Shown: positions 10,093-17,617, numbered from the stretch's first letter. The stretch is 46,737 nt of DNA from a virus (IMGVR_UViG_3300037873_000007:1-46737); one strand, 5' to 3'. Made by a program: numbers and translations. The notes: generated by a model not told the origin, from the sequence alone.

Positions 10093-12077
10093 GCGTTCGC
10101 CGTCCTCTGATTCATCCAGCTCGGGATGTCGTTGTAGAGGGAGCCTAGTGGTTCGGCGTCGACCACAAGGTGCTGGAGATTGAACTCCATGAACCAGTTG
10201 GCCATGATGCAGTCGGTCGTGGTGACATCCGGGTAGTGGGTGAGTTCCTTGACGAGAGGCTTGCACATCGAGCGGCCCGCCATCGTGCCCGGCAGAGAGA
10301 CACGGCCGAACTTGTAGTGGTTCTTGATGGTCTCCACACCGAAGTTCTCGTCGGCCTTGTTCGACTGAGTGTTATGCGGCCGGAGCTGCACTGAGTTCTG
10401 CGAGCACCACTGGCGGAACCATGAGTACTGCATGAGGAATCGCTGAGCACCGTTCTTCTCAACAATGAGATAGTTGATCGGGAAGCCGGTCTTGCGGGCC
10501 CGTTCTTGCCAGTCAGCCAAGAGGCCCGTGTGACATGCGAGCGGCACGTTCCAGTCGAGCAGGTCAGGGCCGTCCATCCTGCCCCGGTACATGTCGATGA
10601 GATACCGCTGGCCCATGAAGCGGTCGACGCTCGGGGGCTCGACGTAGATCCACCATTGCACGGACCAGAACTTGGCCGGCGCAGGGTCGACGGTGACAAT
10701 CGAGAGCTTCGTGCCGCTGAGGCCATGAGGCACCTGACCAACAGTGCGGGCGTTGTCGTAGCAGCCGGGGAATGAGTTGCCGTGCTCATCGGTGCCACCC
10801 GTGATCCAGATGGCCGGCACAAGGACGCCCTTGGGGTCGACGTCCTGCTGCTGATAGACGACTTCGTAGTTCGAGTTCGGGCGGTCCTTCTCCGCAACCT
10901 GTTCCCGCCAGCTGAGACGCACAGGATCGAGCAGGCAACCGGAGTGCTCGGGGTCCTTGGGGTCAAAGGGTGCTGCCCGGCGTGAGTGCATCCGGGGATT
11001 CTCCTTGGCCTTGCAATACTCGTTGTAGTGCGCCTTGTAGACAATCTGGTGGTACTTGGGTCGAGACTCGGGCTCGATGTCCTTGTCCTCGCCGATGAGT
11101 TCTGTGATGTTGAAGTCGTCGTCCCAATCGTCGATGTCGATGTCTGAGACCGTGAGTTCCTTGCAGTGCTTGTAGAGATCGTTGCTACCGAGACGCTGCC
11201 CCTGGAGGAGGAGAAGGCCGTAGGGTTCGAGCCGGCGTTCGGCGACATCATGCCACCATCCTTCATCCTCTTTGACCGTGTCCTCGTTGCGGAGACGATC
11301 GAGAGAGACCAGGTCGTCCCAGATCATGATGTTGACACGGTGGGAGATGACTTCTGTGTTGCGCCCGAAGGCGGTCCAGGTGGCTTCCTTCTCACCTGAG
11401 TAGGTCTCGCCGAACTGGACGACGGTGAGCTGATCGTTGGCCCACGGGATCTGGTCGGCACGGTCAGGCCGGAGAGGCCCGTAGTCGTGGGCGAGAACAG
11501 AGTCGGCATCGAGGGCCAACCCACGGGAGAGTTCCTGCTCGTCGGCCTCCATGGGAACGGTCCGGGCGAGGGTGTTGCGGAGACGTCGGGTGTAACGCTC
11601 GGCGATGTTCTGAGTGACGGCCCCGAGCAGCCCACGGATAGCCCGATTGCGGACGGTGAGCCAGGCGGGGATGTCGTGGGTGAAGAGAGTTGTCTTGCCT
11701 GAGCCCGGTGGGCAGTTGAGAACCACGAACTCCTTGAAGGAGGTTTCGAGGAGGCGGATGGTCTCTTGGGCGGCGTTCTCCTGCCATGGAGATGAGATGC
11801 GGCCGAAGAACCGGGCCCGGAACCTAGCGAAGTCGTTGAGGCAATCGAGGGCCGTGGGGCTGAGATCCTCCCGGGGTATGGGGCCAGCGGGGATCTCCAT
11901 CCTGACCCGAGGTTTGCGGCCGGGGTTCTGGGGCTGGGCGAGGAGGCGCTGGTTCAATCGGCGGCCCGTGGCGTAGGAGACTCCGGCGGCCTTGGAGGCT
12001 TCGGTGATGTTGAGCCCACTCTGCCTGCCCCTGGCGAAGAGGGCCTCTTTCTCTGAGCTGGTTCTGGGCCTGGCCAT
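10089..12077 (-). CDS. terL: Terminase large subunit with N-terminal HTH
   Basis: Walker A CPPGSGKTT, Walker B IMIWDD, YQQ motif, RNase H-like VTVDPA and C-terminal DCIMA; N-terminal LNITEASKAAGVSYATGRRL HTH. Confidence 0.92.
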   Translation of the reverse strand: MARPRTSSEKEALFARGRQSGLNITEASKAAGVSYATGRRLNQRLLAQPQNPGRKPRVRMEIPAGPIPREDLSPTALDCLNDFARFRARFFGRISSPWQENAAQETIRLLETSFKEFVVLNCPPGSGKTTLFTHDIPAWLTVRNRAIRGLLGAVTQNIAERYTRRLRNTLARTVPMEADEQELSRGLALDADSVLAHDYGPLRPDRADQIPWANDQLTVVQFGETYSGEKEATWTAFGRNTEVISHRVNIMIWDDLVSLDRLRNEDTVKEDEGWWHDVAERRLEPYGLLLLQGQRLGSNDLYKHCKELTVSDIDIDDWDDDFNITELIGEDKDIEPESRPKYHQIVYKAHYNEYCKAKENPRMHSRRAAPFDPKDPEHSGCLLDPVRLSWREQVAEKDRPNSNYEVVYQQQDVDPKGVLVPAIWITGGTDEHGNSFPGCYDNARTVGQVPHGLSGTKLSIVTVDPAPAKFWSVQWWIYVEPPSVDRFMGQRYLIDMYRGRMDGPDLLDWNVPLACHTGLLADWQERARKTGFPINYLIVEKNGAQRFLMQYSWFRQWCSQNSVQLRPHNTQSNKADENFGVETIKNHYKFGRVSLPGTMAGRSMCKPLVKELTHYPDVTTTDCIMANWFMEFNLQHLVVDAEPLGSLYNDIPSWMNQRTANA

Positions 12078-12504
12078 GGTCGAGCGTCCTCAGCTGGTTA
12101 TGGGCTGAATTGAGCCCCGTCCGTTGGGAGCCTAACCCACCACCCCCCGCCGGCCCCCCTCCCGGCACACCCCGGGGTCACCTGAGACGAGCTGAGAGGG
12201 GCTGAGGCTGAGTGGGTGTGCGTGGCGTGCGTGCGAGGGGGTGAGATGGTGCTGAGATCACAGAGATGAACGCGAGATGAGTGAGTATGAGTGAAGATGC
12301 AGCTCGTGTGCACATGGGCGTGTGCACTAGTCACACTGTCCCTACCTGTGAGATGCACTGAGGTACCTGGGATTGTTGCGGTCCTGTTACAAGGTGAGTC
12401 AAGGCTGAGAAACCCGACATGGGTGGGGGGTGACGGGGTAGTGTGTGGGTGGACAGGGCAAGCGAGAGGCCGGGAAGAGGCCTCGGAGATCCCTGCGAGA
12501 CCAC

Positions 12505-12629
12505 GGCGATTCTTCGCCCGCTACTTGACAACCTGGCCCGAGATCACTCCCGGGAGTGAAGCGTCCCACGGTGCGTCTACCGCACTGGGCAGCCTCCTGC
12601 GAGATCGGCCAGGCCTGCTACTTGAGAAC
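12505..12629 (+). promoter_or_regulatory. Hairpin plus two boxA-like motifs (candidate antitermination signals)
   Basis: GGCGA-TTCT-TCGCC (12505-12518), then CGCTACTTGACAAC (12519-12532) and TGCTACTTGAGAAC (12616-12629). Confidence 0.5.
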
Positions 12630-12657
12630 AGAAGAGACTTTCCATCCATCCTCCGAA

Positions 12658-12776
12658 CGAAACGGGGGTGAGATGGCTAGGCGCTACCAGGCCGCTGAGA
12701 GTCATTCCCAGCACCCTGGACGCACCTGGCCGCTCCCGTCCCGTGGCACTGGTAGCCACGGCTGAACGAGATACCG
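12658..12776 (+). ncRNA. Type II hammerhead ribozyme, variant core (HH-A)
   Basis: C-GAAA 12658-12662; stem III CGGGGGT/GCTCCCG with long extension; GUC site (C12740); stem I CCGTGGC/GCCACGG; core CTGAACGA (one extra nt); loop TGGTA pairs with 3' TACCG; stem II only about 1 bp. Confidence 0.7.
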
Positions 12777-12783
12777 AGAGAGG

Positions 12784-13134
12784 ATGGACATGGCACAAGT
12801 AGCACTGCACTTCAACGGCGCTACCACGGAGATGGTGCGAGACCTGGCATCGGTCCTGAGTCGCAACGGTCACGAGGGTGAGCTACGGCTTGGCCTGGAT
12901 GGGCCCGAGCTATGGCACGGAGAGACTCCCGAGCTGGGCACACGCCAGTTCGCCCACGTCGTGGCTGAGCTGGTGAAGATCTCCCCCTCGTTCTACGGGG
13001 GAGCCAGTACGGAAGATGGCAAGACGAGCATTGCCGATGCCCTCGATGAGTGGCGGACCATGAAACGGCAAGCGAACGAGAGGGCACTAGCGGACAAGCT
13101 GGGCCCGGGAGAGGACACGATCAGTCATGGCTAG
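12784..13134 (+). CDS. First early gene, hypothetical (start 12784 or 12790)
   Basis: GAGAGGATGG start motif; coupled to the next ORF. Confidence 0.75.
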   Translation: MDMAQVALHFNGATTEMVRDLASVLSRNGHEGELRLGLDGPELWHGETPELGTRQFAHVVAELVKISPSFYGGASTEDGKTSIADALDEWRTMKRQANERALADKLGPGEDTISHG

Positions 13135-13393
13135 TGCATTCGAGGTAGTGGGAGAACTGATCTACGACCGGGAGACAGACGAACTCCTCAAGGTCAGGGT
13201 CAGTGAGCTGCGAGAGGCATTCCAGGCAAGGCAGTACCTCATGCGAGACAGGACACTGCGTCTCCTGCGAGACACCTACCTGAACGACCAGGTGCCCAGT
13301 GATGTCAGCACGTATGCGATCTACCGCACCGTGCGCAACGCTGTGATTGACCTGGCCGAGGTGAGACTGCGTCACGAGTACGGAGGCTTCTAG
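13127..13393 (+). CDS. Hypothetical early protein, 88 aa
   Basis: Overlaps upstream ORF; its TAG abuts ribozyme HH-B. Confidence 0.75.
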   Translation: MASAFEVVGELIYDRETDELLKVRVSELREAFQARQYLMRDRTLRLLRDTYLNDQVPSDVSTYAIYRTVRNAVIDLAEVRLRHEYGGF

Positions 13394-13468
13394 TCGAAAC
13401 TCCTGGTCACTGAGAGAGTGGCCGGGAGTCTGTAGGGATTGACCACCCTGCACTGATGAGACAGGTCA
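13393..13468 (+). ncRNA. Type II hammerhead ribozyme (HH-B)
   Basis: GTC-GAAA; 12-bp stem III 13400-13411/13417-13428; GUC site (C13430); stem I TGTAGGG/CCCTGCA; CTGATGA 13453-13459; GAC; pseudoknot TGACC/GGTCA. Confidence 0.95.
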
Positions 13469-13486
13469 CAGAGAGGATGGGAAGAC

Positions 13487-13903
13487 ATGTTGACATCAAC
13501 GGCTGTCACGCTGGTGAACGAGAGCCTGGTGTTCCCGGTCGGGTGGAAGGTGACCGCCACGGATCACACGGACCGTTTCGAGGGTTCGATCCTGGTGCAC
13601 ATCGTGCTGACCGATGCCCGGAAGAGTGAACGGGAAGAGGCTCCCGAGTACAAGGTGCCGATCCCCAACGGTGCGAGGAGTGCGTTCCCGGTCTACGTGG
13701 CCGACGTGAGTGGGATTGAGGATCTGACATTCGAGATCATCCAAGCCATGAGCGAGGCTTACGTGCATGAGCTGCGAGAGTTCGTGCGAGTCGCCCCGAC
13801 GTTCTGGGCCCCGTTCCATCCCCACAAGGGAGACGGCATTCGGCGCTGGGCTGAGAAGACTGGTGGAGATCCGAAGCGTGACTACCTGTTCGGGTTGGGC
13901 TGA
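13487..13903 (+). CDS. Hypothetical early protein, 138 aa
   Basis: GAGAGGATGG motif upstream; protein-like composition. Confidence 0.8.
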   Translation: MLTSTAVTLVNESLVFPVGWKVTATDHTDRFEGSILVHIVLTDARKSEREEAPEYKVPIPNGARSAFPVYVADVSGIEDLTFEIIQAMSEAYVHELREFVRVAPTFWAPFHPHKGDGIRRWAEKTGGDPKRDYLFGLG

Positions 13904-13906
13904 GAC

Positions 13907-14101
13907 ATGCTCACAACCAAGTCAGGGCACGTCATCGACTGGAGATGGTCAGACTTCACAGGCCGGCGAGAGATCGTTGGGAGAGCGGCCGGGTATTCCA
14001 TCTATGCGAGTGAGCACGAAGATGGCACCTGGTCATGGAACGGGTTCTGTTACGACACCCTCGAGCATGCGAGAGAGTCAGCTCGTAAGGCTGGCTACTA
14101 G
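13907..14101 (+). CDS. Hypothetical early protein, 64 aa
   Basis: Closely spaced ORF; its TAG abuts ribozyme HH-C. Confidence 0.7.
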   Translation: MLTTKSGHVIDWRWSDFTGRREIVGRAAGYSIYASEHEDGTWSWNGFCYDTLEHARESARKAGY

Positions 14102-14178
14102 TCGAAAGTCATCCCCTGGTGTTGGGCTAGGGGGTGACTCTACGGGAGATGGCTTACCCGTACTGATGAGACAGGCCA
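14101..14178 (+). ncRNA. Type II hammerhead ribozyme (HH-C)
   Basis: GTC-GAAA; 13-bp stem III 14108-14120/14126-14138; CUC site (C14140); stem I TACGGG/CCCGTA; CTGATGA 14163-14169; GAC; pseudoknot TGGCTT/AGGCCA. Confidence 0.95.
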
Positions 14179-14199
14179 ACATCGAGAGGATGGGAAGAG

Positions 14200-14397
14200 A
14201 TGCTGAACGCCTTTATCAAGGTGATTGAGATGCTGCTCGTGTCGGCTGTGTGGGTGTTCTCCTACGCAGAAGAGGCCGCCTACCGCATCAAGCGACACAA
14301 CCGGCTGACGCCCACGTTGGGCACGGTGCTGGTCACGTGGCTTGGCCTGGTCGCAGTCGTGCTCTACATCGGCGAGCAGATCGGGGTCGTGTCATGA
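14200..14397 (+). CDS. Small membrane protein, 65 aa
   Basis: Two hydrophobic segments; GAGAGGATGG upstream. Confidence 0.7.
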   Translation: MLNAFIKVIEMLLVSAVWVFSYAEEAAYRIKRHNRLTPTLGTVLVTWLGLVAVVLYIGEQIGVVS

Positions 14398-14759
14398 GAG
14401 CGGTCACAGTCACGATCGGCCGCAACCTGGCTGATGGTCAGCTGAGCCCTGAGAGCTGGTCTGAGTACATCGGCCGAACCCGAGCGGTGGTAGCGGCTGT
14501 GTCCGATGAGATCTGGGTTGCCTCCCGGTATAAGGGACGGTGGGCCGGAGAGACTGAGGATGCGTTCGTGGTCTACGCAGGGCTGCCAGAGAACAAGGAT
14601 GAGCCCAGCTGGCAGATGTACGGTCGGGAGAACATGCTACGAGAGCGACTGCGCAACCTGGCCAGTGAGTACGGACAAGAGAGCGTCGGGGTCACGTTCG
14701 GCGAGAACGAGCTAGTGCAGGCGTTCCCGAGCTACCAGGAACAGGAGACGGTGGCGTGA
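14394..14759 (+). CDS. Putative SAM lyase / DUF3574-like protein, 121 aa
   Basis: ATGA overlap start; GRWAGETEDAFVV and LASEYGQESV resemble the G-(W/Y)-G..E and LA..(Y/F).QESV pattern of phage SAM lyases. Confidence 0.55.
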   Translation: MRAVTVTIGRNLADGQLSPESWSEYIGRTRAVVAAVSDEIWVASRYKGRWAGETEDAFVVYAGLPENKDEPSWQMYGRENMLRERLRNLASEYGQESVGVTFGENELVQAFPSYQEQETVA

Positions 14760-14941
14760 ACATGACTGAGTGGCACGAAGGCTACCTGGAGGGGCTGATG
14801 GGGTACCGGTGGAGATGGTCACTGCTCACCGAACATCCCAAGTGGACGTCCCTGGCCCATAAGGGTCATATCGAGGGATGGGCCGATCGCAAAGCAGCTC
14901 ACAGAGATCTCGGACTGGAGATCACAGGTACTACGAAGTGA
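14756..14941 (+). CDS. Hypothetical protein, 61 aa
   Basis: GTGA overlap start. Confidence 0.6.
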   Translation: MNMTEWHEGYLEGLMGYRWRWSLLTEHPKWTSLAHKGHIEGWADRKAAHRDLGLEITGTTK

Positions 14942-15024
14942 GATCACCCCTACACGAGCGAGCAAGGGTTCGTGTAGGGCAATGTCACATCGTGTGGCAG
15001 ATAGAGACATAGGAGGATGGAAAG

Positions 15025-15099
15025 ATGCTTGGACTGTTTGCGGTCGTGCTGGCAGCCGTCGTGATCCTGTACGTGCTGAACGTGCTAGTGAACGGCTGA
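15025..15099 (+). CDS. 24-aa membrane peptide (MLGLFAVVLAAVVILYVLNVLVNG)
   Basis: AGGAGG RBS; single TM segment. Confidence 0.6.
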   Translation: MLGLFAVVLAAVVILYVLNVLVNG

Positions 15100-15229
15100 G
15101 AGATGACCAGAGGTGAAGTCCAGCTCAAGACGTTGTTACGAGACCTAGCAGAGAGGATGAGGGATGACAGACAGGAAGTTGCGGAGGCTGGCACGTCGTC
15201 AGTCGAGCACGGAAGAGGAGGAATGAGAG

Positions 15230-15592
15230 ATGGGTAAGGTCATCCAGCTCCATCAACGTGGGAAAGGTGGCTGGGAAGGCACCCGACGTCGCATCCACCT
15301 GGCCATCCTGAACGGTACCGAGTTCAAGTCAGGTGCGATGAGAGGTGAGCGAGTCGCCCCACCGGTGAGCACTGGCCGACTCCCAGACGACTGGGCTGCT
15401 GTCCTGCGAGATCAGCAGCCTGACTACGTCGTGTGGAGCTACGGCACGCCGATCGCCTGGCACCACGAAGGCGGGTGGACGGTGCCGGATGAGAGGTACT
15501 CCAACACCACGACACGGCACCAGGGGTTCGCCCGAGTTGCGCTGGCACTAGCGGGCCCGGTCCAGACCTTGGACGACGAGCGGCTGAGGTGA
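15230..15592 (+). CDS. Conserved phage hypothetical protein, 120 aa
   Basis: YVVWSYGTPIAW...YSNTTTRHQ pattern recalled from phage early proteins of unknown function. Confidence 0.75.
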   Translation: MGKVIQLHQRGKGGWEGTRRRIHLAILNGTEFKSGAMRGERVAPPVSTGRLPDDWAAVLRDQQPDYVVWSYGTPIAWHHEGGWTVPDERYSNTTTRHQGFARVALALAGPVQTLDDERLR

Positions 15593-15740
15593 GGTGAGCG
15601 AGGATGGGTGGGAGTCTCTTCTGGATCTCAGCAGGATCGGGGCAAACGGCCTCTCAGGGCCCCGTAGCCGTTCTGGGCGCTCCTACCCCCCACCCGAGGG
15701 CTCTGGAGCGCAGCACGACGCATCCTGGCCGGCGTCCTGA

Positions 15741-16114
15741 GCCCGTCCGTCCTGGTGTGCGGCCCCCATTTCGGCCCGTCCGTCCTGGAACTCACGCATC
15801 GTAGCGAGGTGGGTGGGTAGGGTGGCGCTTGGCAACGGAGCCCTTCCGTCCTGGTAAACGGAGACGTAAGGAGAAGGTTTAATGCCAGCTGAGTATTTAG
15901 TAGAGAGCGTGGGGCTGGATCGTGCCAACGATGCGATCCGAGTCGAGCAGCGAAAGGTGGAAGCGCTGGCGACTGTCCTCATCCAGAACGCTCGGGTGCT
16001 GCACAAGCAGATGCACCCCATTCTGGAGGGGGGTATGAGAACGTGCAAGCAAGTCACGTGCCGACGGGTGAGAGAGGTGTTGGGTCAGAGCTAGCCCGTC
16101 CGTCCTGGTAAACG
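15741..16114 (+). repeat. Iteron/operator-like direct repeats GCCC(G/T)TCCGTCCTGG x4
   Basis: Copies at 15741, 15774, 15840 and 16094; the last two extend with TAAACG. Confidence 0.85.
15882..16094 (+). CDS. Hypothetical protein, 70 aa
   Basis: AAGGAG upstream; C-terminal H..C....C residues; sits between repeats 3 and 4. Confidence 0.55.
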   Translation: MPAEYLVESVGLDRANDAIRVEQRKVEALATVLIQNARVLHKQMHPILEGGMRTCKQVTCRRVREVLGQS

Positions 16115-16135
16115 AGAAGCTAGTCGGGTAAATGA

Positions 16136-16173
16136 GAAGGCCCCGTCAGGTGCGAGATCCTGGCGGGGCCTTC
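16136..16173. terminator. GC-rich hairpin, probable terminator of first early block
   Basis: GAAGGCCCCGTCAGG / CCTGGCGGGGCCTTC; weak U tract. Confidence 0.6.
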
Positions 16174-16445
16174 GTCGTGGTGCGGCAACTCGTTCGAGCC
16201 CCAGCAAGTCTTCGCTGAGGTGCGCCGTACTCAGGGAGAGGATGGGGGCCTGACCCGAGCCGGCGCACACCCAGCTGGTGTCGGGCGCTGGGAACCCGAC
16301 GCAGGCCAGTGTACCGGGCGGGCCCGACGTCGACGAATTTCAGCATGTCGAATTGTCGGTTTCCTCCCGTTAGGGGTGTAGTCCCTCCTATAACAGCAAC
16401 AAACCGACATTTCCACACGTCGAAATTGTAGAGGCTTCGACCTGC

Positions 16446-16451
16446 TACACT
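16446..16451 (+). promoter_or_regulatory. -10 box TACACT for a probably leaderless RHH gene
   Basis: TACACT ends 7 nt before ATG 16459; no SD present. Confidence 0.5.
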
Positions 16452-16458
16452 CGCCGGC

Positions 16459-16737
16459 ATGCCCTCCCCCCCGAGCGCACCAGCTGGGCTTACGCTCCAA
16501 GACGTCTTGGAGATGTACAAGGCGGCAGAGCCCGGCCAGACCATTGTCCTCCCCGAGATCGTCAAGCGTGACAGGGGACGGCCACGGGTTATCCAGAACC
16601 CAAGGAAGATAGAGGCCAAGGTGGAGCAAGAGGTCCACGAGGCTCTGTCTGAGATCGCTAAGGAGAACGGCACGACCGTAGCAGATATCCTCAGAGATCT
16701 TGCACAGGGTTATGTCGAGGCCCACCGAGCGGCCTGA
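16459..16737 (+). CDS. Ribbon-helix-helix (CopG/Arc-like) DNA-binding protein with AT-hook-like RGRPR
   Basis: RDRGRPR followed by KIEAKVEQEVHEALSEIAKENGTTVADILRDLA. Confidence 0.75.
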   Translation: MPSPPSAPAGLTLQDVLEMYKAAEPGQTIVLPEIVKRDRGRPRVIQNPRKIEAKVEQEVHEALSEIAKENGTTVADILRDLAQGYVEAHRAA

Positions 16738-17296
16738 CGGGCTCCCCCCCTGCTCAAGAGGGCGGATCGTTAACTACCACGTGCCGACTGGGACTATCCG
16801 AGTCGTCATTGATAGGTGTAGTAAGTGGACGTGCGAGGACTGCTGTCTCCGTAAGTTTGCTGAGAAGACACTACACTTACATGGGATTACTGAGCCCGTG
16901 GTACTCATTCCAGATTCAAGACCCCACCTTTGGAAGGTGGCTGACCAGGCTCAAGCCGGGTATATGAAGATGCTTCTACGAGGCGTGCAGACCCCACTCG
17001 TACTTGCTGAGGCCAAGATGTACCCGGGCCAGATCACGACAGAGTGCACTAAGGCGTTGGTCTCCCTGAGCGGAGATGTCCGGGCCTCATCCGTGAGAAT
17101 GGTCTGCTTCAACCATCGTTGGCTTCCAGAACCTGATCCCCAGCACGAGTTCTTAGCCAGTGCTCATGGCAAGAAACTCCGTGAGATCGAGCAAGCCTTA
17201 GACGACAGTGGATTCCAGAGTCGCAACATCGGTGACATGGAGATCGACAAGGCCAAGCGCATCATCTCAGCCTTCCTTGATGGCGTAGAATGGTGA
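16712..17296 (+). CDS. Hypothetical Cys-motif protein, possibly replication-associated
   Basis: C...RCSKWTCEDC metal-binding motif; start uncertain (TTG 16700 or ATG 16712). Confidence 0.5.
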   Translation: MSRPTERPDGLPPCSRGRIVNYHVPTGTIRVVIDRCSKWTCEDCCLRKFAEKTLHLHGITEPVVLIPDSRPHLWKVADQAQAGYMKMLLRGVQTPLVLAEAKMYPGQITTECTKALVSLSGDVRASSVRMVCFNHRWLPEPDPQHEFLASAHGKKLREIEQALDDSGFQSRNIGDMEIDKAKRIISAFLDGVEW

Positions 17297-17588
17297 ACTG
17301 GATCTGAAACTGAGACGGGAATAGGGTCTGAGCTGGGATGGTTGGGACAGGGCGTGGAGTGGACTGAGCTGGGCAGAGAGCAATCAGGGGTGAGAGTGTA
17401 TGAAAGCCTCCACACCCTGGATACGACTGAGCAGTGGAGAGGTGGGGATGAGCGGCCGGCGGAGGGTTGTGGACGGCTCAGCTCGGGGCGATCGCTCCGT
17501 GTGGAGGGGTTGTGAGCTGGTCAGCCGCTACCTCGGGCCCGCTAGCCACCCCTGCCCGGTAGCTCGATCGACGTCGCCGACGATGACG

Positions 17589-17617
17589 TTGATATCCAGA
17601 GTAGGAGCAGGTACACT
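17589..17617 (+). promoter_or_regulatory. SigA-type promoter
   Basis: TTGATA-17 nt-TACACT upstream of the 17686 gene. Confidence 0.75.

Noticed and set aside
801-10110. Long plus-strand ORFs opposite structural genes (e.g. 801-1859, 5144-6460, 9313-10110) and similar antisense ORFs elsewhere
   Set aside because: Shadow frames expected from high GC3 codon bias; no RBS or motifs
12525-12530. Perfect TTGACA as a -35 box
   Set aside because: No TANNNT 16-19 nt downstream; it lies within a boxA-like motif repeated at 12616
12532-12613. HDV-like ribozyme suggested by GGCAGCCTCCTGC
   Set aside because: Could not build the nested P1/P2/P3/P1.1 double pseudoknot or the J4/2 catalytic C
15741-16114. 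Repeats as a CRISPR mini-array
   Set aside because: Repeats are only 15-21 bp with highly unequal spacing; the Cas4-like gene is a stand-alone phage exonuclease
17294-17515. In-frame open stretch after the TGA of the 16712 gene (possible readthrough or recoding)
   Set aside because: About 70 stop-free codons is unremarkable at this GC content, and TGA is clearly used as a stop genome-wide
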